Source: an uncultured Candidatus Binatia bacterium (lineage in GTDB: Bacteria; Desulfobacterota; Binatia; UBA9968; CAXXLF01). From it: a DNA stretch of 64,000 nucleotides. Positions 50,392 to 59,695 of this stretch are shown here, one piece after another. Made by a program: the position numbers and the translations under genes. The stretch is taken from positions 640,001 through 704,000 of the forward strand of contig OZ244621.1 of the NCBI GenBank assembly GCA_965218425.1, read 5' to 3'. Below the pieces are notes generated by a model, which was given only the letters and a program-made list of their open reading frames with translations, was not told the origin of the DNA and made no database searches. Position 1 is the stretch's first letter. The number at the start of each line of letters is the position of its first letter.

Positions 50392-51282
50392 TTACTTTGA
50401 GGACGATTCCCCGGTGAAAGACGGCGCCTTACCCTGGAGCAAGGCGCCCATTTCGGCAGCAGGTAGGCGCAGGCCGACATAGAAGGGGCCGAAAAGCGCG
50501 TATATGGCGCTGGCTTCGTCGAAGCGCATCTCGTAGACGATCTTCTTGAACTCCAGGGGATCATCGGCAAAGAGGTCCACGCCCCACTCCCAGTCGTCAA
50601 ATCCCATGGACCCTGAGATGATCTGGTTGATCTTGCCGGCGTATCTCCGGCCCACCATGCCATGATCGTGGAGCATCCGCTGGCGATCCTTCATGGGAAC
50701 CTGAAACCAGTTTTGGCTTTCTCCCCGCTTCCTTCCCATGGGGTAGAAACAGAGATGCCGCCGGGGTGGAATCTTTGGCCACAGCCTGGGCGCCATGGCT
50801 TTGCGCTGCACAGCTAATTCCGCCTCCACCGCCTCGGCCCACTCAGGGGAACCGGGCAGGGTCCCTTTTTCCTTGAGCTCGCGGTAAAAACGGCCGGTCA
50901 TCTGGTACAGACCCAACTCCACCACCGAGAGATACGAAGTAGTGGGTTCCAGGAACCGGGCCAGGGGGAGATTGGCCAACCGCAGCTCTGCGCCGTTCAG
51001 CTCCTCAAGGGTCCGACGGAAGTGGAAGATCATGAGATCCCCTTTGTGTCCCAACAACGAAAAGAAAGCCGATTGCCCATCCTCACCCTGTTCCATTTTT
51101 TCCAGCGCGGAGGTGGTTTCTTTGATGACACGCTCCTGGTCGTGTGAAGTGAGATCCCTCCAATCAGACCAACGGATACGAAACATCTGGTGAAGGATAC
51201 TCCATCCATCCAAGGTCAGCGGAACCCCGGGCAAACCATCGTCTTGTGATTTTACTTTTTTGTTCACTTTTTCCCTTTCCAT
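50392..51282 (-). CDS. Chlorite dismutase family heme protein (coproheme decarboxylase ChdC/HemQ-like)
   Basis: TLDGWSILH, GHKGDLM, SYLSVVEL, CFYPM.RKR, HGMVGRRY, GFDDWEWGV, YEMRFDE. Confidence 0.85.
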   Translation of the reverse strand: MEREKVNKKVKSQDDGLPGVPLTLDGWSILHQMFRIRWSDWRDLTSHDQERVIKETTSALEKMEQGEDGQSAFFSLLGHKGDLMIFHFRRTLEELNGAELRLANLPLARFLEPTTSYLSVVELGLYQMTGRFYRELKEKGTLPGSPEWAEAVEAELAVQRKAMAPRLWPKIPPRRHLCFYPMGRKRGESQNWFQVPMKDRQRMLHDHGMVGRRYAGKINQIISGSMGFDDWEWGVDLFADDPLEFKKIVYEMRFDEASAIYALFGPFYVGLRLPAAEMGALLQGKAPSFTGESSSK

Positions 51283-51353
51283 CGCCAACGCCTCATTTTA
51301 TCTTCATTCACTTGCCGGCTTCAACCCTGTTTGTTCTTGTCTCTCTTGGTAAA

Positions 51354-51740
51354 GGGGTCAAATCTTTTATTGACAAATAACATCTTCCGGATTTTCCAGC
51401 CGCCTCCGAAATCTTCTATCCACTTCATGCTTTAAGTGAATCCCATGGCACGCCCGGCCCACCGCACCGCAACTCTTCACTCCAGACTCCCTGGCTGCTT
51501 CCACCAACGTCATGTCGCTTAGCCTCTCATTAGGCACATCCCAACTTTCCTCCCCTCGTTCTCCCCTCCTCTGCGGCTCCTCACCAGATCTTCTACCCCC
51601 CATAGATCGTGTGCCTGTGAAACCGTCTTCAGAAATTCCCCATAGTCGCCCCTGCTTAGGAACACCTTTCGGCGGGCGGATCCTCGGTTCATCAAATGAT
51701 AGACCGCACCCCGATATTCAATGCGTAAGGGCCGTGACAT
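51354..51740 (-). pseudogene. Internally deleted REP-associated tyrosine (Y1 HUH) transposase remnant
   Basis: MSRPLRIEYRGAVYHLMNRG N-terminus, C-terminal HTH remnant, ending TAAAAGATTTGACCCC. Confidence 0.8.
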
Positions 51741-52050
51741 TGATAGCCTTAATTGCGGATTTGCTCCAACGTCTGAAGCCGTTCCGTCTGCAATGTCACC
51801 ATCATCCTCCCATCTTCCCTGATTTGTAGACTTCAGGCTCATCTCTCGTTGGATTCCCTACCTCCCCTCAGGCTCACTTCTCATTGGACAAGACCCCCCC
51901 TTGACTAGAACTCCGCGAGGCTCTACCATGGCTTCGCGGCGAATGGGATGCGGGAACCGGCGGAGACATAACCGCTCCGGTTCACGACTTGGGGAAGCAG
52001 GTTCAAGTCTGCCCCCGTACAAGTTTACCCTACTAGATGGGAGGTCTCGG

Positions 52051-52932
52051 ATGGACAGGAATTCGATAGATCCAAAGGTTTACGATCTCTACGACGAGTA
52101 CTGCCATAGCCCGATGGACCGTCGTGAGTTTCTTCGCCGTGCCAGCGTCCTGGCCGTTGTCGGAGGGTCGGGGCTGTTGATGGCGCGGGCGCTGCTGCCC
52201 AACTACGCCAGGGCGCAGATGATCTCCTTCACCGACAAGCGCATCAAGGCGCGCTATGTCGGGTACGACTCGCCTGGCGGCAACTCCGGCAAGATGCGGG
52301 GGTATCTGGTCCAGCCGGCCGGTCCGGGTCCGTTTCCCGCCGTTGTGGTCATTCACGAGAACCGCGGCCTCAATCCGCACATCGAAGATGTCGCGCGGCG
52401 TGCCGCGGTCGCAGGGTTCCTCGCCCTGGCGCCCGACGGCCTTGCGCCGATCGGTGGCTATCCCGGCAATGACGACGAGGGCAAGACGATGCAGCGGAGC
52501 CTCGACAGAGGCAAACTGCGCACCGATCTTCTCAACAGCGCCAAGTATCTCAAAGCCCACGCGCTATCGAACGGGAAACTGGGGGCTACCGGCTTCTGCT
52601 TTGGCGGAGGCATAGTCAATTTTCTCGCGGTCCAGATGGGAAGCGATCTGAACGCCGGCGTGCCGTTCTATGGCTCCGCCCCAAAGGCGGCTGACGTCGC
52701 CAAGATCAAGGCGCCGCTCCTGATCCATTACGCGGAAAACGACCCGCGTATCAACAAGAAGGCCCCCGGCTTCATCGAGGCGCTGAAGGCCAACAGCGTA
52801 ACGCACGAGGCGCATACCTATCCCGGAACGCGCCACGGCTTTCACAACAATTCGACGCCGCGCTACGACGAAACCGCCGCAAAGCTTGCGTGGGAGCGGA
52901 CGGTCGCCTTCTTCAGGAAGCATCTGTCGTAG
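52051..52932 (+). CDS. Dienelactone hydrolase family protein (YghX-like)
   Basis: DRREFL Tat-like motif, HENRGLN, GFCFGG, HGFHN. Confidence 0.9.
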   Translation: MDRNSIDPKVYDLYDEYCHSPMDRREFLRRASVLAVVGGSGLLMARALLPNYARAQMISFTDKRIKARYVGYDSPGGNSGKMRGYLVQPAGPGPFPAVVVIHENRGLNPHIEDVARRAAVAGFLALAPDGLAPIGGYPGNDDEGKTMQRSLDRGKLRTDLLNSAKYLKAHALSNGKLGATGFCFGGGIVNFLAVQMGSDLNAGVPFYGSAPKAADVAKIKAPLLIHYAENDPRINKKAPGFIEALKANSVTHEAHTYPGTRHGFHNNSTPRYDETAAKLAWERTVAFFRKHLS

Positions 52933-53007
52933 TCATCGTCGTCCATAGACTGAGGTGGGGTCGCTGACTGCCTGGACACAATGGCGTCCTTCATTCCGCT
53001 TTCCGTT

Positions 53008-53140
53008 AAAGGGATCAAATCTTTAGTTGACAATAACATCTTCCGGATTTTCCAGCCGCCTCCGAAATCTTCTATCCGCCTCACGCTTTAAGTGAATCCC
53101 ATGGCACGCCCAGCCCACCACACCGCAACTCTTCACTCCC
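53008..53140 (-). repeat. Second copy of the Y1-transposase 3' end
   Basis: Near-identical to 51352-51483. Confidence 0.8.
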
Positions 53141-53154
53141 AATTACCTGAAATT

Positions 53155-53220
53155 GGTGTCAGGTAACATGAAAAAGGGGTCAGCTCCAGCAGGATGGCGG
53201 TTGTAGCGGCCGTCAAATTC
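53155..53220 (+). mobile_element. IS110-type left end (orphan)
   Basis: GGTGTCAGGTAACATGAAAAAGGGGTCAGCTCCAGCAGGATGG. Confidence 0.65.
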
Positions 53221-53799
53221 AACTCCGAAATGATCAAAACACGTTATCCCAAGACATGCCCCCTTCTACTCGGGATGGCGGCGTTCCAATGAGGGGGGAT
53301 TCGTGAGGCGCCGCCCGGCCCGATTCAACGGCCCTTTAAGGCCCGTTTTTCGAGCCCTGAATGCCCTTTAAAATCCAGCCGGTTTCCGGCCCGTTTCTAT
53401 CTAATTCTGCCGGAATTTCCAATTATTTCCATCCGCCCACAACGCCGCAGCCCAAGTCGCGGGGGTCATCAAAAAAGTCGTGGGATTCAAGGCCGAGCCG
53501 CTGCCGTTGCAGGCTGAGGCCGAAGCGTTCCATGGGACAGAAAGACGGGGCGGCGCCGAGGGTGAGTACGCGCGGACCGCGCCCCCAGATCCATGGGACA
53601 CTCCCCCGGATGGAGACCGAAGAAACTCCAAGCCGTCACCTGGCGATCTGCGAAAAAACAGGATGACACGCGGTACCTTCGCCCCGGACAATCTGAATCG
53701 GCGCTGATTCCCGAACCACCTTGGGCCTGCTTGGTCCGATTGCGCCGGCTGGCCCACTCGATCTCGGCCGGGGTGGGCCAAGGTATTGCGTAATGGCCG

Positions 53800-53946
53800 C
53801 CGGGGACATGATGGATGCGCGTACCGTCGCAGGCGCCAACGCCGTCATCGCCCTGCGATGTTGCAAACTCAGCGGACGCTTCGAGAACTTCCGGGAACGA
53901 CGGGCCACCGCCGGAAAACGCACGATCACAAAACTGACCTGCTCCC
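53800..53946 (+). pseudogene. ISKra4-family transposase C-terminal remnant and end
   Basis: TVAGANAVIALRCCKLSGRFENFRERR followed by TCACAAAACTGACCTGCTCCC. Confidence 0.55.
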
Positions 53947-53982
53947 GCAAGCCGGACAGAAAGGGATAAGCCGCGTATGGGT

Positions 53983-54942
53983 TTACCGCAGTACGAACTG
54001 AACCGGGACAACCAGCACAACCTGTGTCCGATCCAAGCTGTCAGGAATCCGTGGTAGCGGCTGAGCGCGTTTGATCATTGCAATGGCCGCCCGGTCCAAT
54101 AAATCATAGCCGCTGCTCCTCTTGATCCGGTAATCCCGCAAGCGCCCGTCTCGATCTATCACGAAATAGAGATAAACCGTGCCTTCTTGACGGCGAGATC
54201 GGGCTCTTCTGGGATATTCTTTGTATTTCTCCAACCATGCTTGCAGCCGCGCCATGTAATCCGCCCGTGCGCCGGCCATGCCGCCGTCGCCGATGGAGCT
54301 GGGACCGGCCCCGGCACCCGATCGGCCAAGCGCACCCGGTACCGCAACCGATTCGATTTCCACGGCAGTCGCAACGGTCTCGGCCCGCGCGGCCTCGACA
54401 AGGGTCGCGGCGGCCGGGGTCACCGCCTCCACCTCCAGGGGATCCCGTGGCGGCGCACCGGCCTCCTCAGCCAGGCGCGGCGCCAAAGTCGGCTCGGGCG
54501 ACGTCGCTTCGACCAACTCCGCAGGCGACGCCTGTTCTACCGGCTGTGACGCAACCGATCCGATCTCCACGGCAGTCCCGGCGGTCTCGGCCCGCGCGGC
54601 CTCGACCTCGGCGGGCTTCACCATCTCCGGCACGACGGGTTCTATGGCCAGTGCCGGAACCGGCGCCGGTGACATTGTGACCGTCTTTTCACTAGGTCCT
54701 TGCAGGGCGGTTTCGGTGGCGACCACCCGCTCCGCCTCAAGTATCCTCGTGATCGTTCCGGCAACGCTGCCTGGTTGAGCGACGGCAGAGCCAAGCGATA
54801 TCTCGATCCCAGCCGGTTCGGTGCTCTCGGTACTTTCGGTCCAGCGGATATTCGGCTGCCACAACAGTCCCGCCATCACGATGACATGCATCAGCACGGC
54901 CGATGAAAACGCCATCATCCAATGGTACCGGCCGATTCGCAT
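53983..54942 (-). CDS. TonB family energy transducer
   Basis: N-terminal TM with H, Pro/Glu/Ala-rich linker, YPRRARSRRQEGTV...SSGYDLLDRAA. Confidence 0.85.
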   Translation of the reverse strand: MRIGRYHWMMAFSSAVLMHVIVMAGLLWQPNIRWTESTESTEPAGIEISLGSAVAQPGSVAGTITRILEAERVVATETALQGPSEKTVTMSPAPVPALAIEPVVPEMVKPAEVEAARAETAGTAVEIGSVASQPVEQASPAELVEATSPEPTLAPRLAEEAGAPPRDPLEVEAVTPAAATLVEAARAETVATAVEIESVAVPGALGRSGAGAGPSSIGDGGMAGARADYMARLQAWLEKYKEYPRRARSRRQEGTVYLYFVIDRDGRLRDYRIKRSSGYDLLDRAAIAMIKRAQPLPRIPDSLDRTQVVLVVPVQFVLR

Positions 54943-55012
54943 CAGCGTTTTCCGGGCAAGGTGAGAAGGTGGAGTTTCTCAACTCCGGCATCGCGCAACA
55001 ACTCCATCACAA
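54942..55012 (-). pseudogene. ExbD C-terminal fragment
   Basis: VMELLRDAGVEKLHLLT; cut at a TGACCCC motif next to the IS. Confidence 0.6.
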
Positions 55013-55028
55013 AGGGGTCAAATCTTTT

Positions 55029-56652
55029 CGGTCTGTTGCCCAAACGTCGGTTCAATAGCGCAATAGATCCAATCGAGCTATAACGTGTTTGTTTGCTCAA
55101 GCTATGACGGCTTGCTGCAAGACCATTGGATGGGGGGCCGCAAAGCGAATGGCCGCCCTCGTTGCTGCAGCCAATACGGCTCTGGGTTTTGGCCGTGTAT
55201 GAACAATCATCAGCTGGATGTTGTGCACAACGGCAATCAAGTAATCCTGAATCTGAACCCGCCAACGACCACGCCACCGCGCTCGTTTCAGTCCGTATCG
55301 TTTCCCTTGAGCAAACGATCGTTCCATGAAATGCTGACGAACCTTGATATCTCTTCTTGCTGCTTGACTCCGTGCCCGGCTACGCACGCTATCCAATATC
55401 TCCTGGCGCTCATGGCGTTTGATGGTTCGCCCCGCACTTTGACAGTGAGTGCATTGGAGCCGCAAGGCACACTGCTGACACACCCCGCGGCTCGTCACGT
55501 ACTCAAACGCTTTGCGCTCCACCCAGTGCTTACGCCGCCTAAGCGGTTGCCCTGCCGGACATGTATAAGTGTCGGTTTCTGGGTCATAAACAAACATACT
55601 TTCAGGAAATATCTTGCTCCGACGCTCCTGCTTATCCTGAGTCTGTTTCAATACCGCAATGTGAGCCATTACCCCACGGTCATAGCACTCCAGAAAATTA
55701 GCTGTAGTCCCGTACTTGCTGTCGGCTACCACCACCTGGGCACTGCGTTGGGTATGGGCCTGATGATCCTTAAGGAGATCTGTCATGCGATGTGCTTCAT
55801 TCTCATCCCCAGGGCCAACCATCGTCGCGGTAATCACCCCATACGCACCGTCAATCCCTCGGTGGGTCTGATAACGCAAATTAGAGTTCCCTTTCTTTCC
55901 CTTGCGTAGCACCGAGGCATCTGGATCGGTCGCCGACACGTAGCGCTGGTTGACAACGTTTTGCCGGGCAGGGTTCTGCGGTGGATCCTCATGCTTGTCC
56001 TCTCTTGCCTGTTCCCGCTCCTCCAATCGCCCCTCCAACTCCTTGTATGCTGGCCTCAGGTAACGTTTAAGCCCCTGGGTGTCTATGATCGAGTGGCTCG
56101 ATGCATCCGCAGCAATCAAACTGGAGTCGCAAAATAGCTTACTCCCGTCTACTAACCCGCTCTCCACACACTGCCACACTACTGGTTCGAAAAAGGAGCG
56201 AAACCACTCTACCCCCCAACGCCTCCTCGCCTTGCTCAGAACGCTGTGCTCGGGTATCTCCGAATCCAACTCCAATCCCAGAAACCACAACCAGTCCAGC
56301 CGCTCCGGTAATGTCGCCATCAACTCCCGCTCGCTACCAACGTTGTACAGCACCAAAAGCATCATCAGCTTTAATATCATTGGCGGTGCAATCGATACGT
56401 TGCCGTTGTATCCATATCGATCCTTGACTTCTTGGTACACAAAATCAAAATCCACCATCCGTGCTACTTTGCGTAACACGTGGTCCGCTCGTATTCGTTT
56501 CTCCAGATTGATCCCTGTGTAGAACAGTGAAGGCTGAGGGGGGGGTTGATGACCCATCATAGCTTTGCTCCCTAAGTACCGAAATAACTGAGAGCATTAT
56601 AACCAGAGGGCTCTCTTAACGCATTAAAAATATCGATTTAGGCAACAGACCG
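55029..56652 (-). mobile_element. IS1182-family insertion sequence
   Basis: 16-bp terminal inverted repeats CGGTCTGTTGCC(C/T)AAA at 55029-55044 and 56637-56652 flanking the transposase. Confidence 0.88.
55097..56560 (-). CDS. IS1182-family DDE transposase
   Basis: DUF772-like N-terminus (PEHSVLS), DSSLI, TDPDAS, ADSKY, YTCPAGQ, ERSFA..K. Confidence 0.9.
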   Translation of the reverse strand: MMGHQPPPQPSLFYTGINLEKRIRADHVLRKVARMVDFDFVYQEVKDRYGYNGNVSIAPPMILKLMMLLVLYNVGSERELMATLPERLDWLWFLGLELDSEIPEHSVLSKARRRWGVEWFRSFFEPVVWQCVESGLVDGSKLFCDSSLIAADASSHSIIDTQGLKRYLRPAYKELEGRLEEREQAREDKHEDPPQNPARQNVVNQRYVSATDPDASVLRKGKKGNSNLRYQTHRGIDGAYGVITATMVGPGDENEAHRMTDLLKDHQAHTQRSAQVVVADSKYGTTANFLECYDRGVMAHIAVLKQTQDKQERRSKIFPESMFVYDPETDTYTCPAGQPLRRRKHWVERKAFEYVTSRGVCQQCALRLQCTHCQSAGRTIKRHERQEILDSVRSRARSQAARRDIKVRQHFMERSFAQGKRYGLKRARWRGRWRVQIQDYLIAVVHNIQLMIVHTRPKPRAVLAAATRAAIRFAAPHPMVLQQAVIA

Positions 56653-56793
56653 CTTCGACTGCCCTTTTATCACCCGGTGGTGGAAGAGGGGCTACGCACG
56701 GCGCTCCGAAACCTGGCAATCAAGGTTAAAGCACCCCCTCCCAGTATCGAGTTGGCGTTATGTGGGGAAAGTGGAATTGAATGCTTAAGCTAG
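56653..56793 (+). pseudogene. Dihydrolipoamide dehydrogenase-like C-terminal fragment
   Basis: LPFYHPVVEEGLRTALR (HPxxxE motif) begins right at the IS end. Confidence 0.6.
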
Positions 56794-56811
56794 TTTGGGA
56801 GCCCCTTGTAC

Positions 56812-58164
56812 TCACAGAAGTTTTTCTTTCCAACGGCCTCGATAAAACCACAAGGCCATGGAACCTCCCCACACCGTAAATCCGCAGGACATGGCCATCC
56901 ACAAGCCGTTCTCCTGTAGATTAAATACATGGGGGAGTAGAAGGGCCGCACCAATCTGCACACCGGCCAAGGAGACTGCCGTGATCACCATTGGCGGAAC
57001 CGTGTCGCCGGATCCGCCTAGAGCCGCACCAAGAACCATGGCCGCGGCTAGAAACAAATAGAAGGGAGAGGTGATCTGAAGGAGTCTCGTGCCCTGGCGG
57101 ATCACTTCCGGATCTCGATTGAAAAGCCCTATGACACGGTCTCCGAAAAGCAAAAACACGATTGTGAAGCCCAACAGGATTGCGCCGTAGACAAAAAATG
57201 CGGCCCAGGCGGACTTTTCGGCTCGCTCGGGTTTGCGAGCTCCCAGGTTTTGACCCACCAAGGTTGAGGCGACACTTGCCATGCCCCAACCCGGTGACAG
57301 AACGATAATGAGCAAGCGGATGACGATTCCATAGGCGGCCAGAGTGTGGGTGCCGAAACTGGCAACGATCCTGATCATTGCTACAGCTGATACTGCACGG
57401 AACGAACGTTGGAAGGAGCGGGGAATTCCAATCCTAAGAATCTTCCAAAGCATGGTCCGATCCACGCGCATGGAGCGAAGCGAGACTTGAACGCCCCTGC
57501 ATCCGCGAAATAGAACGAAGACGAGGTACGAAGTGGCGCCCACATAGCATAAGACCAGACTGATGGCGGCCCCGTTCACACCCAGCGCAGGCACTGGACC
57601 CCAGCCAAACACAAGAATCGGTTCCAGGGTGACGGTAAGAAATGTCACCAGCAACATGGCCCGGGCGGGGATCCTAGCCTCGCCTGCACCTTGAAGGATC
57701 GCCATGATAGAATGGGCGAGCAAATATAGAGAAGCGCTCATGATGATGATGCGGAAGTAAGTAGAGGCCAATGGAACAACGGCGGGCGCGGCACCCAGCA
57801 TTATGGTTATGGGTCTTGCCAAGATCCCCCCCACGATAACGATGGGGAGAGAAATAAACAGCGCGAGGAATATCCCCTGTTGGGCCACATGAGACGCTTC
57901 CCCAAAATTCTTTGCCCCAACAGCGCGCGAGATGAGGGCCCGGAATCCCATGCTAGTCCCCGAGATAAAGGTCCAGAGAACGTCGAGTACGATCCCTCCA
58001 ATGGAGACAGCCGCAACGGCTTCTGGACCTAACTGGCCGACAAAATAGATGTCCGCAACACTCGAAAAGTTTTGCAGGAGACTGCCGACCACCATCGGAA
58101 CTGCCAGGAACCAAACCGCTCGGAAAATCGGCCCTTCGGTCAGATTGCGACTCTGTTCGTTCAC
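56812..58164 (-). CDS. MATE family efflux transporter
   Basis: NLTEGPI, FVGQLGPEAVAA, LVGQNLGA. Confidence 0.9.
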   Translation of the reverse strand: MNEQSRNLTEGPIFRAVWFLAVPMVVGSLLQNFSSVADIYFVGQLGPEAVAAVSIGGIVLDVLWTFISGTSMGFRALISRAVGAKNFGEASHVAQQGIFLALFISLPIVIVGGILARPITIMLGAAPAVVPLASTYFRIIIMSASLYLLAHSIMAILQGAGEARIPARAMLLVTFLTVTLEPILVFGWGPVPALGVNGAAISLVLCYVGATSYLVFVLFRGCRGVQVSLRSMRVDRTMLWKILRIGIPRSFQRSFRAVSAVAMIRIVASFGTHTLAAYGIVIRLLIIVLSPGWGMASVASTLVGQNLGARKPERAEKSAWAAFFVYGAILLGFTIVFLLFGDRVIGLFNRDPEVIRQGTRLLQITSPFYLFLAAAMVLGAALGGSGDTVPPMVITAVSLAGVQIGAALLLPHVFNLQENGLWMAMSCGFTVWGGSMALWFYRGRWKEKLL

Positions 58165-58346
58165 GTTGAGCTAACCAAAATTTCCAGCATCTATTCTTAG
58201 CAAGGGAGCGCTGATCCTCCGGCCTCGCACCACCACCCACTCAGCGTAGTTAAAAGGAAGGTGAAGCGGTCCTTGCCAGCCTGCACCTGACCCCGGGTTC
58301 GTGCCCCCGCTCAACTGCGATCATCCCATGGGCAAGATGGTTGGTG

Positions 58347-59048
58347 TCAGGACAGGCTCTTCTCGATTCCAGCCTCGGCGATTCCATCAAGGTAGATCTT
58401 CCAAGCGATCATGGAATCCTCGGCAGCCTGCAGGGCCGCCTCTTTCTCATTATCCGCAGTCATATACTTTTCCAGTAACCGGACGGTGCCATCACTGTGG
58501 ACCCGGTCCACGGAATCGTGGAGGGTCCAGAATTCCATATCTTCCAGGGTAAGGCCGAGGTGACTTGTCCAATTCTCAGACTCCGCGGCGGAGAAATTTC
58601 CGCATTCCGGCTTATTGGTCCTCTCAAGCATCACCTTCGCCGCGGCACCTTCATACCAGGTACGATTCTTTGTCAGCGTCTCCCATGTGTGCAGCGCCAC
58701 AACGGTGGTGGGTAGCGGCTTAGCCTGCCAAATTTCATCGGCCGTGAGACCGATGGCGGCGCCTAATTGAAGTAGCAGATCGTAGTGGGAACGTCCTTCG
58801 ATTGCTTCCTCTTCGTAGAGGTTCTCGCCAACGATGAACTTCCGCAGCTCCATGTGAGGACAGTTCCCCACCACATAGGCCCAACAGCGCCGGCTGTGAC
58901 GGTTGAAAATCCCCCATTGCTGAACCAACACCCTGGCCCCCTCGACTCTCAGGCGGTCTTTCGAGTAAGCAAACCACTTCGATTTGGGATGATAGTTAGC
59001 AACGATTTTATCCAGCGCTTCAGCGAAAGGAGACTGTTGTCCACTCAT
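58347..59048 (-). CDS. PqqC/TenA-like (heme-oxygenase-like diiron) redox protein
   Basis: NLYEEE...SHYDL and FWTLHDSVDRVH metal ligand motifs. Confidence 0.75.
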   Translation of the reverse strand: MSGQQSPFAEALDKIVANYHPKSKWFAYSKDRLRVEGARVLVQQWGIFNRHSRRCWAYVVGNCPHMELRKFIVGENLYEEEAIEGRSHYDLLLQLGAAIGLTADEIWQAKPLPTTVVALHTWETLTKNRTWYEGAAAKVMLERTNKPECGNFSAAESENWTSHLGLTLEDMEFWTLHDSVDRVHSDGTVRLLEKYMTADNEKEAALQAAEDSMIAWKIYLDGIAEAGIEKSLS

Positions 59049-59695
59049 GGGTACCCCGCAATGCGATTGAATACGAACTCAACCTTCTGAAAATTAACCT
59101 ACGTTAGGCAACATGAGGTTGTCAACATCGCGTAGGCGTCCATTCCTGGCACTTTGCGCTTCGGGGACTTGCTTCGCTCCACGGGACTCCCGCAACGACC
59201 CATCGGGCCTGCACTCGTATGAACCTCCAGAGCTTCAAGGCTCCTCGTGGAGCGAGCTTCCGGCCGCAAGCAATAAGCCGTGAATATCCGAAGCTGAACG
59301 TTCGATACCCATGGCCTTACGTCTCGCTCCCCAGCGTCGCCTTGCGGTTTTGGGCGCAGGGGGCGTGGACCGAAGAGAGGGAGAGGTCCGGTACTGGAGG
59401 TTCAAGCCGTATTGGCACGTCGGATAAAATTAAGGGGCCTCGTGGCCGAGGTCCATCGGCTCCCGCTGAGGGGCACGTCCCCAATCCCTACCTCGCACGG
59501 GTAAATGAGCGTTCTCGCCGAGGAACCACTGAAGTGAAGGGACGCCAGCTCCTGTAAATGCAAGCTGAATCCGTTGCCAGGACTCAGGTTCTTAACTCAC
59601 GGAACCACACTTTTCGCGCTACAATTCTAGCAAGGTCAATCCTTGTTTGACTAAACGGAGGTTTCAATGTACGTAGGCCGCAAGGGAAAGAGGCA

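Noticed and set aside
54340..54610. Internal duplication in tonB (EAARAET..TAVEI.SVA twice)
   Set aside because: Real, but ordinary linker expansion in TonB proteins.
59290..59560. 6S RNA or riboswitch
   Set aside because: Only a GGTTCAA fragment resembles 6S RNA; the full rod structure and typical gene context could not be supported.
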